Below, piece after piece: positions 1 through 7,505 of a stretch of 32,000 bases of DNA. Within the stretch, counting starts at the first letter, position 1; each line of letters starts with the position of its first letter. A model generated the notes under the pieces. That model was not told the origin of the DNA and did no database searches. It saw only the letters and a program-made list of their open reading frames with translations. Source of the DNA: Synechococcus elongatus PCC 6301 (GTDB lineage Bacteria; Cyanobacteriota; Cyanobacteriia; Synechococcales; Synechococcaceae); contig NC_006576.1 of the NCBI RefSeq assembly GCF_000010065.1, forward strand, positions 2,160,001 through 2,192,000. Direction: 5' to 3'. The position numbers and the translations under genes were made by a program.

Positions 1-458
1 TGCATCTCTTGCAACAGCCAGATTGCAGCCCCAGTCAGCTCAGCACGGTCCTGAATCAGCAATCGGGGCTTCTAGGTTTGAGTGGTCGCTCCAATGATGT
101 GCGGGCGTTGGCGATCGCAGCGGACGCCGGGGATCAGCGATCGCAGTTAGCGTTAGCAGCCTTTACCCACAGTCTGCGGCGACATCTTGGGGCAATGTTG
201 GCCAGTCTGACGCGGCTTGATGCGCTGGTGTTTGCCGGTGGGATCGGCGAAAACTATCGGTCGCTCTGGCCAGCGGTCTGCGAACACTTTGCGGGCATGC
301 CGATTCGGCTTGATCCGGAAGCGATGGCTGTTGCAGGCGATCGCCGCATCAGTACGCCAGATTCTGCGATCACCGTTTGGGTGATTCACAGTCGTGAGGA
401 CTGGCAGATGGTGCAGTTGGCCCTGCCTTTGCTTCGATCCCCACAGTCTTTCAATTGA
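1..458 (+). CDS. ackA: acetate kinase, C-terminal part (5' end lies outside the window)
   Basis: The frame is open from the window edge to TGA at 456-458. The translation ...SGLLGLSGRSNDVRAL...FAGGIGENY...VIHSREDWQM matches the conserved C-terminal acetate/propionate kinase motifs (GGIGEN, late E-D-W/M). Confidence 0.85.
   Translation, partial: HLLQQPDCSPSQLSTVLNQQSGLLGLSGRSNDVRALAIAADAGDQRSQLALAAFTHSLRRHLGAMLASLTRLDALVFAGGIGENYRSLWPAVCEHFAGMPIRLDPEAMAVAGDRRISTPDSAITVWVIHSREDWQMVQLALPLLRSPQSFN
111..118. repeat. HIP1 octamer GCGATCGC (first of about 98 copies I counted by eye across the window)
   Basis: This is an exact palindromic octamer, present on average about every 330 bp, mostly inside genes. 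Such over-representation is characteristic of many cyanobacterial genomes. Confidence 0.9.
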
Positions 459-466
459 GGTTTGGC

Positions 467-1105
467 ATGGTTTTAAGACTCTATCTCGTCCGCCACGGTG
501 AAACGACCGCTAGCCGTGAAGGCGGCTACAGTGGCAGCGGCAATCCGCCGCTGACAGAAGCGGGGCAGCAGATGGCTCAGGCTTTAGCGGATACCTATGC
601 TGATTTGAATTGGCAGGCTGCCTATGTCAGCCCGTTGCTACGGGCACAAGAAACTGCGCAACCCCTCTGTCAGCAGGCCAAGCTTGACATGCGGATTCGC
701 GATGGACTGCGTGAGATCGACTTTGGCATTTGGGAGAACCGCACGCCGGATGAAGTCATGGCCAGTCATCAGCAGGACTATCTTCACTGGCTAGCGGAGC
801 CTGCCTGGAATCCCCCCACGGGTGGCGAAAGTGCGGTGGTCGTCGCCAGTCGGGTCAGCCTCGTGATTCAGGAAATCACTGAGACGATCGCCGATGGAAA
901 TGTCCTTGTTGTCTCTCACAAAGCAACCCTGCGGATTCTGCTTTGTAACCTCTTGGGGATCGATCTGGGGCGTTACCGCGATCGCATTGCTATGCCAGTC
1001 GCCTCGCTCTCCATCCTGTCTTTCAATCAGCACGGGCCCTGTCTGGAACGCTTGGGCGATCGCAGTCATCTGCCACTGGAGTTGCGCGATCGCGCTGGAA
1101 CTTAA
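467..1105 (+). CDS. histidine phosphatase family protein (phosphoglycerate mutase-like)
   Basis: The N-terminal LYLVRHGET(T) RHG catalytic motif and the late VVSHKATLR motif fit the family. I prefer ATG 467 to the TTG at 455 given in the ORF track. It starts 9 nt after the ackA stop. Confidence 0.8.
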   Translation: MVLRLYLVRHGETTASREGGYSGSGNPPLTEAGQQMAQALADTYADLNWQAAYVSPLLRAQETAQPLCQQAKLDMRIRDGLREIDFGIWENRTPDEVMASHQQDYLHWLAEPAWNPPTGGESAVVVASRVSLVIQEITETIADGNVLVVSHKATLRILLCNLLGIDLGRYRDRIAMPVASLSILSFNQHGPCLERLGDRSHLPLELRDRAGT

Positions 1106-1481
1106 GCAACTGGTATCCGTCCCCGTCGCGCCTCTCTGTCACGATCGGCACGGCACTCTACAAGCTGCTTAGGACGATTGGATTTTGGGTGGGTATCGAG
1201 TCAACAACTTCTGTCCGTGGGAGTGATTGCGCACTCCCCCACCCACGCCTTGGGAGACTCGACTCCCCTAGCACCGAAACAAGATTTTGGATGAGGCTGC
1301 TCGGCTAAATCGCATATTGTCACGGGTAAAATTCGCCGGTGTTGGTCATGGGGTGGAGGCTAGACAGCTCGGGTAAACGTCCTAAACCACCTGTTGAATA
1401 AATGGTGTCTTCACCTCGGTGATCGCGACTGCTGAGCTAGGGCAATAGCCCAGCTGAACCGCTCATCAATGTTGTCAATCT

Positions 1482-1898
1482 TCAGACCTGACAGCGATCG
1501 CGGCATTGACGGTCGGCCGCTAGGGTTGCTAAATCTGGACGTCCTGTGAGGGCTAAGCGGCGATCGGCCCAGAGCCCGTAGACCCAATCGATCAGCGATC
1601 GCAAGAGGGGCCAGCGCGTTGGGGCGTAGATCCAGCCGAGGCCAATCGCGGCGTAAAGCTGCCGAAAAACTTCCACATCCTGCAGAATGACACCATCATT
1701 GCGAAGGGCATGGATTCGGCCCATGGCCTGCTCGTAGCTGATCCCGGCATGCTCCTCGGGGGCATAGTCCGGTGCATCAATATCGACAAACTGGATGCGG
1801 TTCTGGCGATCGCGTCCTTGCAGAAAGCGAACCTCGCGTAAGCAGAGTGGACAGCCACCGTCGTAGAGCAATGTGTACTGCCAAATCGAGCCAGTCAT
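1482..1898 (-). CDS. thiol-disulfide oxidoreductase DCC family protein (DUF393)
   Basis: 138 aa with the N-terminal YDGGCPLCxxEVRFL motif typical of DCC/DUF393 proteins. Confidence 0.75.
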   Translation of the reverse strand: MTGSIWQYTLLYDGGCPLCLREVRFLQGRDRQNRIQFVDIDAPDYAPEEHAGISYEQAMGRIHALRNDGVILQDVEVFRQLYAAIGLGWIYAPTRWPLLRSLIDWVYGLWADRRLALTGRPDLATLAADRQCRDRCQV

Positions 1899-1964
1899 GC
1901 CGCGTCAGAAATCGTCGGGACGCTGTGATCCTAACGAACCCTCCGGCTCTGCCTCGACTTTCAC

Positions 1965-3017
1965 TTAGTCTTCTAGCTCGGCATTGTGCAAGGCTTCCGC
2001 TACAGACTGATGCTGCGATCGCCGCGAATCTCGTCGGTAGCGTCGACTTTGCAACTTGGGTTCGTAGCGAAGCTTGCCGCCATCGGCACTTTTGCGTTTG
2101 GAGCCAGCATCTTCTTGGGTACTGCGGTTTTGTTGCTGGGTTTGGGCGATCGCCTCTTCTAGCAGATCTTGGTAGTGGCTGTAGCGTTCCCAGTCACCTC
2201 GGATGCTGCACCCCGGTTCTTCCAGATGGCGGCAGTCGTGGAACTGACATCTGTCTGCGGCCAAGCGCTGGCGAATTTCAGGAAAGTACTGGGCCAATTC
2301 GCGATCGCTACAGATCAGTTCAGGTTGGTTAAAGCCGGGACTATCAGCCAGCAGTCCACCTTGAGGTAGCTCAAATAACTCCACATGGCGAGTTGTATGG
2401 CGACCGCGCCCCAGCTTGCCCGAAACCTTAGCGGTCCGTAGTTCTAGATCGGGGATTAAGCGATTGATCAGGCTGGATTTCCCGACCCCAGAAGGACCGG
2501 CAACAACTGTCATCCGGCCGATTAGCTGCTTCAGCAGCAGGGGCCAACGCTCCGGTTGGTTCTGACTCAGCCAGAGAGGTTGATAGCCCCATTGCGCCAA
2601 TCGTTCCTGCCAAGCCGCGATCGCACCGGCTGTCACAAGATCACATTTGCTCAGACAGAGCTGTACTGGAATGCCCGTGCTTTCTGCCGTAACCAAGAAA
2701 CGGGTAAGTTGTAGCGGCTCGAGTTCGGGTTCGGCAACTGCAAAAACCAGCAGGATTTGATCGACATTGGCGATCGCGGGGCGATCCAGTTCACTGCTTC
2801 GGGGTTCAACCGACGCGATTGCGCCCCGTTGCCCTTGCCAGTCTGGTTCTTCTACCCAAACACGATCGCCCACCATAACCCGCTGCCCCGTTTTCAGCAG
2901 TCTTGTCCGGCGAGTACAGAGCAACATCGCAGGTTGGTTAGCCGGAGGATGGTGAAGTTGCACACGGTAGAAGTTCGCCTGAACCGCTACCACCGTTCCA
3001 GCTAAGGCAGCAGTCAT
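1965..3017 (-). CDS. rsgA: ribosome small-subunit-dependent GTPase A
   Basis: It has a circularly permuted GTPase (SKCDL G4, GPSGVGKSSLIN G1, DSPGF G3) and a C-terminal zinc knuckle CQFHDCRHLEEPGC. Confidence 0.9.
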   Translation of the reverse strand: MTAALAGTVVAVQANFYRVQLHHPPANQPAMLLCTRRTRLLKTGQRVMVGDRVWVEEPDWQGQRGAIASVEPRSSELDRPAIANVDQILLVFAVAEPELEPLQLTRFLVTAESTGIPVQLCLSKCDLVTAGAIAAWQERLAQWGYQPLWLSQNQPERWPLLLKQLIGRMTVVAGPSGVGKSSLINRLIPDLELRTAKVSGKLGRGRHTTRHVELFELPQGGLLADSPGFNQPELICSDRELAQYFPEIRQRLAADRCQFHDCRHLEEPGCSIRGDWERYSHYQDLLEEAIAQTQQQNRSTQEDAGSKRKSADGGKLRYEPKLQSRRYRRDSRRSQHQSVAEALHNAELED

Positions 3018-3265
3018 GCCGTCGGCTGCTCCGGCGATCGCACCCAGAGACGGCGATGAGGCTGCTCGGTCTCGGGCGGGAGTAACGCGACTTCGTAGCC
3101 CTCCAAACGCAGGCTGTCTGGCACCTGTTCAACGGGCTCACCCGCATCAAGCCAAACCTCCAGCAAGCTACCCGCCGGCATTTGTTCTAGCTTCAACTTG
3201 GTGCGGACAAAGTTGATCGGGCAAACAATGCCTCGGAGGTCGAGGCGATCGTCAGGCTGACTCAT
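3014..3265 (-). CDS. TusA/SirA-like small sulfur-carrier family protein
   Basis: 83 aa with [17 protein letters not shown], resembling the TusA LDxxGLxCPxP motif with the Cys conserved and the second Pro replaced by Asn. ATGA start/stop overlaps occur at both ends (3262-3265 and 3014-3017). Confidence 0.7.
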   Translation of the reverse strand: MSQPDDRLDLRGIVCPINFVRTKLKLEQMPAGSLLEVWLDAGEPVEQVPDSLRLEGYEVALLPPETEQPHRRLWVRSPEQPTA

Positions 3266-4392
3266 CCGCCAAAGACTCCTTTGAAGAAGCCTTCAATCCC
3301 TCCTTTTCCAGCGCGATCGCCGCGAATTTGCACCACTTTTTCCAACAGTTCGCGTTCTTCAGCGCTAATTTTGGTGGGAATTTCCACCTTAATTGTGACC
3401 AAAAGATTGCCCCGAGCGACCGGATTCCCCAGTCGTGGCACGCCCTTGCCCTCCACCGTCAGTACGGCATTGGGTTGTGTTCCGGGCGGAATGATCAGCT
3501 CGGTGGGGCCGTCTACAGTCGCAACTTCTAGGCTGCAGCCCAAAATGGCTTGCAGGTAGCTGATGGTCACGGTGGAGAAGAGATTGATGCCTTCCCGCCG
3601 GAACTGGGTGTCCTCACTGACGAACAAATAGACGTAAAGGTCGCCCGGCGGCCCACCGCGCAGCCCCGCATCGCCTTCATTGGCTACTCGCAGCCGCGTA
3701 CCGCTATCCACCCCAGCTGGAATATTGATCTTCAGTTTCTTCGGCCGCCGTAGACGCCCTGCTCCGCCACAGTCATCGCACTTATCAACGATCATCTGCC
3801 CGCTGCCCTCGCAGGTGGGACAGACTGAAACTTGGGTAAAGCTGCCGAAGGGCGTCCGGGTTGCTCGTCGGACTTGGCCTGCACCACCACAGGTCGTACA
3901 AGTTTGCGGCCGGGTTCCGGCCTTAGCCCCACTCCCCTGACAGGTGCCGCAAGTTTCTTCATGGGTGACCCGAATTTCTTTCTCGCCACCAAAGATGGCA
4001 TCTCGGAAATCCAGTTTCAAATCCAGCCGTAGGTCTTCACCCCGAGTGGGTCCGCGCCGGCGAGCGGAGGCTTGTTGCCCGCCCATGCCTCCAAACCCGC
4101 TGAAGAAGGTTTCAAAGATGTCAGCGAATCCACCCATGTCGCCAAAATCTTGGAAACCAGCGGCTCCGGCACCAGAGACACCCGCTTCCCCAAATTGGTC
4201 GTAGCGAGCGCGGGTTTCAGGCTCCGACAGCACCTCGTAGGCGCGGTTGATTTCTTTGAACTTGTCTTCAGCGCCTGGCTCCTTGTTCACATCTGGATGG
4301 TACTTGCGAGCCAAACGCCGATAAGCACGTTTAATTTCGTCCTTGTCTGCGTCGCGAGCAACGCCAAGCAGTTGGTAGTAGTCAGCAGCCAT
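3262..4392 (-). CDS. dnaJ: molecular chaperone DnaJ (type I)
   Basis: It has a J domain with HPD (YHPDVNK), a G/F-rich linker, four CxxCxGxG zinc-finger repeats and a C-terminal substrate-binding domain. Confidence 0.95.
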   Translation of the reverse strand: MAADYYQLLGVARDADKDEIKRAYRRLARKYHPDVNKEPGAEDKFKEINRAYEVLSEPETRARYDQFGEAGVSGAGAAGFQDFGDMGGFADIFETFFSGFGGMGGQQASARRRGPTRGEDLRLDLKLDFRDAIFGGEKEIRVTHEETCGTCQGSGAKAGTRPQTCTTCGGAGQVRRATRTPFGSFTQVSVCPTCEGSGQMIVDKCDDCGGAGRLRRPKKLKINIPAGVDSGTRLRVANEGDAGLRGGPPGDLYVYLFVSEDTQFRREGINLFSTVTISYLQAILGCSLEVATVDGPTELIIPPGTQPNAVLTVEGKGVPRLGNPVARGNLLVTIKVEIPTKISAEERELLEKVVQIRGDRAGKGGIEGFFKGVFGG

Positions 4393-4533
4393 GGGCTGGA
4401 TGGGGTCGAGCGAAGTGAGCAGATTTTCCTAGGATAAGCCGATCGCTCTCCCCACAGTGCTGATGCCGCCGAATTGACCGCCCCACTACCCTGCTGGAGC
4501 AAAGATCTTCGTCTAGCCCCAGCCCCGATCGCC

Positions 4534-6501
4534 CTACTCAATCGCCTCGTAGTCAGCGGTCACAGTTGCGTCATCGTCATTGCGTTCGATGGCAACGGTT
4601 TCGTTCGAACCGTTGTCGTTGTCGCCGATTAAATCAGCAAAGGTGGGCTGAACGGGGATCGTGGTGACAGAACCATCTTGGCGGTAAGCAGCGGCCCCAA
4701 TCGCGTAGAGTTGCTGCTTCAGGGCCTCAAGTTGCTGCCGGAGCTGGTTGAGTTCAGCCTCATTGCTGACAGACTCCAGTCCGCTTGCCAGCGCGTTGAG
4801 AGAGGCCTCAAGCGGTTCTTGTTGCTCTGCCGTCAGCAGCTCGCGATTATTTTGCAGCGTCGATTCGAAGCTGTAGCGCAGGTTCTCAAATTGCGTCCGC
4901 AATTCAATCATCTGCAGATTAATTTGATCGGCTTCTTGATAGAGTTCGGCATCGCGTCGCATTGCCTCAATTTCATCGCTGGTTAAGCCGCCTGTGCTGG
5001 TGATGCGGATGCCCTGCGCTCGGCCCGTCCCGCGATCGCGGGCGGAGACATTCAGAATGCCGTCAGCATCAATATCGAAGGCCAGCTCAATTTGGGGAAC
5101 TCCCCGAGGTGCTGGCGGAATGCCAGTTAATTGGAAACGTCCCAAACTCTTGTTGTCTTTGACGAGGGCACGCTCCCCTTGCAGGACATGCACTTCCACC
5201 ATGACTTGGCCATCGGTAGCTGTTGTAAAGACCTGAGTGCGACTGGTGGGAATTGTCGTGTTCCGCTCAATGATTTTTGTGAACACACCACCAAGGGTTT
5301 CTAAGCCGAGAGAAAGCGGAATGACATCGAGGAGCAACACATCTTTCACTTCCCCGCCCAAGACGCCAGCTTGGATAGCGGCCCCCAATGCGATCGCTTC
5401 ATCCGGGTTGATCGTTAGGTCAGGAGTTTTTCCCCCAAAAAATTTCTGCACCGCCTGTTGAATCGCAGGAATGCGGCTCGATCCTCCAACGAGCAGGATG
5501 CGATCGATTTGATCAATCGTGAGGTTACTGTCCTTGAGCGCCTGTTGGATCGGCTCGATCGTGGCTTGAACTAAGTTGCTCGCTAGGACTTCAAACTGCT
5601 CACGCTGTAGTTCTACTTCGATGTGCTTCGGCTCTGGTGCCCCATCGACGGTTGCGGTGGCAATAAATGGCAAGTTTATCGTGGTTGTCGGCAGGGTTGA
5701 GAGGTCGATTTTGGCTTGCTCTGAAGCTTCTCGCAGCCGCTGAATCGCCATTTTGTCCTGGCGGAGATCGATACTCTCAGCCTTGAGAAAGTTATCGGCT
5801 AACCAGTCAACAATGACAGCGTCAAAGTCATCCCCACCTAAGTGGTTATTTCCTGCTGTTGCTTTGACCTCGAAGACACTATCGCCGAGCTGCAAAATCG
5901 AAACATCGAGGGTGCCGCCCCCCAAGTCAAAAACGAGAATGCGGCTATTTTCATGCAGCTTATCGAGTCCGTAAGAGAGAGCTGCAGCCGTAGGCTCATT
6001 GACGATCCGCAGCACTTTTAGTCCGGCGATCGCTCCAGCGTCCTTCGTGGCTTGACGTTGGGCATCGGTAAAGTAGGCCGGCACCGTAATCACGGCTTGG
6101 GTAACTGGCTCCCCCAAAAATGTCTCCGCATCCTGCCGCAGCTTCTGCAGCACCATGGCCGAAATCTCTTGCGGGGTACAGACGCGATCGCGGATGGTGA
6201 CGTTGACGGTGTCGTCTTTCCCCGGTACACAGGTGTAGGTCACGCGGCTGCGCTCCGCTTCCGTATCTTCCCAGCGCCGCCCAATGAAACGCTTGATGCT
6301 GTAGACCGTATTTTCAGCATTGGTTACAGCTTGGCGCTTGGCCATGCGACCCACGATGCGATCGCCCTTGCGACCCACCGCCACGATACTGGGAGTTGTG
6401 CGATCGCCCTCGCGATTCGTCACGATGATGGGCTTGCCACCTTCGAGGACTGCAACACAGCTATTGGTTGTGCCGAGGTCGATGCCGATAACCTTGCCCA
6501 T
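4534..6501 (-). CDS. dnaK: Hsp70 chaperone DnaK (grpE-linked paralog)
   Basis: It carries the Hsp70 signatures [19 protein letters not shown] and [14 protein letters not shown]. It is 655 aa with an unusual acidic D/N-rich C-terminal tail. Which dnaK paralog this is cannot be fixed from sequence alone. Confidence 0.95.
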   Translation of the reverse strand: MGKVIGIDLGTTNSCVAVLEGGKPIIVTNREGDRTTPSIVAVGRKGDRIVGRMAKRQAVTNAENTVYSIKRFIGRRWEDTEAERSRVTYTCVPGKDDTVNVTIRDRVCTPQEISAMVLQKLRQDAETFLGEPVTQAVITVPAYFTDAQRQATKDAGAIAGLKVLRIVNEPTAAALSYGLDKLHENSRILVFDLGGGTLDVSILQLGDSVFEVKATAGNNHLGGDDFDAVIVDWLADNFLKAESIDLRQDKMAIQRLREASEQAKIDLSTLPTTTINLPFIATATVDGAPEPKHIEVELQREQFEVLASNLVQATIEPIQQALKDSNLTIDQIDRILLVGGSSRIPAIQQAVQKFFGGKTPDLTINPDEAIALGAAIQAGVLGGEVKDVLLLDVIPLSLGLETLGGVFTKIIERNTTIPTSRTQVFTTATDGQVMVEVHVLQGERALVKDNKSLGRFQLTGIPPAPRGVPQIELAFDIDADGILNVSARDRGTGRAQGIRITSTGGLTSDEIEAMRRDAELYQEADQINLQMIELRTQFENLRYSFESTLQNNRELLTAEQQEPLEASLNALASGLESVSNEAELNQLRQQLEALKQQLYAIGAAAYRQDGSVTTIPVQPTFADLIGDNDNGSNETVAIERNDDDATVTADYEAIE

Positions 6502-6605
6502 AAATTTTTGTGTAGGTGGCTACCTGAAATGATCCTGTGCTGAATGAGGTAAACACTTACCCCAGTGTTTAGCCTAGGGTAAGAGTCTACTAAGAGCTAT
6601 AGAGA

Positions 6606-7229
6606 TTATTCTGTTACCGCTGCAGAATTTTCCTCTGCCGCAATCGAGACTTTGACCAGAGCATGGCGCAGGACGAGATCGCCCAAGAGGTAGCCTCGTT
6701 GTAGCTCCTCGAGCACGATGCCATCCGGATGCTCCGTCGTCTCTTCCCGTAGGACTGCATCATGCAATGAGGGATCAAAGGGCTGGCCCTCAGCCCGCAT
6801 CGGCGAGACGCCGATACGCTTCAAACAATCGACCAGTTGCTTGTAGAGCCCTTGGTAGCTCTTGTGAATCGCCTCCGCTTCTTCGCCCTGAGGCTTAATT
6901 TGGGCGCGGGCGCGATCAAAATTGTCGATCACCGGTAGTAGTTCAGTAATCGTGGTGCGCTTACTCTGCAGCTCCAGCTCTTCTCGTTCCTTCAAGGTTC
7001 GACGCCGGAAATTTTCAAAATCTGCCGCGAGACGCAGATAGGCGCTGTTCTGCTCATCCAACTCAGTCTTGAGGCGATCGCGATCAGCTGCAACCAAAGC
7101 CAATTGAGCGGCCAACTCTGCGGCCTCCTGCCCAGAAGCAACCGTGACATCAGGCTCCGACACTGCCTCTGCCGAGTCTCCATTGGCCACAGTCAGATCT
7201 TCCTCTGGAGGGGTCTGATGTTCGCTCAT
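6606..7229 (-). CDS. grpE: nucleotide exchange factor GrpE
   Basis: It has GrpE core motifs (RLAADFENFRRR, ...GYLLGDLVLRHALVKV). I prefer ATG at 7229, which has AGGA 11-14 nt upstream, over the GTG at 7250 listed in the ORF track. Confidence 0.9.
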   Translation of the reverse strand: MSEHQTPPEEDLTVANGDSAEAVSEPDVTVASGQEAAELAAQLALVAADRDRLKTELDEQNSAYLRLAADFENFRRRTLKEREELELQSKRTTITELLPVIDNFDRARAQIKPQGEEAEAIHKSYQGLYKQLVDCLKRIGVSPMRAEGQPFDPSLHDAVLREETTEHPDGIVLEELQRGYLLGDLVLRHALVKVSIAAEENSAAVTE

Positions 7230-7505
7230 GACGATTGAGAGTCCTACCACAACAAGCTAAACACTACCCAACCAAGCATGAAATCAGTCATTGCAGGCGA
7301 TCGTCGCTGCATTTGACAGACCTTTCTGGTTAGAGAAACTGAGCTAGGTAGTTTCTTTAGCGATTTGAACCGCTATCTTCAGAGCATAATTCCCAGAGAC
7401 TCCAGAAAGACAGCTTAGGCTGTTAAACGACGCTTGCAGATTCGGGCACGCTGGGGCTACTCCCTGCGATTCCTTGAGATCTTTTCCTCTCAGCCACTGC
7501 CACCC

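Noticed and set aside
1772-2332. Other long alternative-frame or antisense ORFs (1772-2332, 6052-6543, 10384-10794, 19558-19911, 19984-20331, 20713-21255, 27198-27692, 28168-28584).
   Set aside because: Each lies entirely within or antisense to a confidently identified gene. Each has an R/S/G/P-rich composition typical of off-frame translation in GC-rich DNA, and none has a motif.
7434-7505. Non-ATG upstream starts for pilB (TTG 7434) and, similarly, pilT (9496), dusA (TTG 13703), the HhH gene (GTG 14816) and the DUF2949-like gene (TTG 22423).
   Set aside because: In each case an in-frame ATG closer to the conserved domain gives a family-typical length, in some cases with a good SD. The extensions have no recognisable features. 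These calls remain uncertain without N-terminal data.
6502-7505. A search for a CIRCE/HrcA operator (TTAGCACTC-N9-GAGTGCTAA) upstream of grpE and dnaK.
   Set aside because: I saw no match or near match by eye in either spacer, so no HrcA site is claimed.
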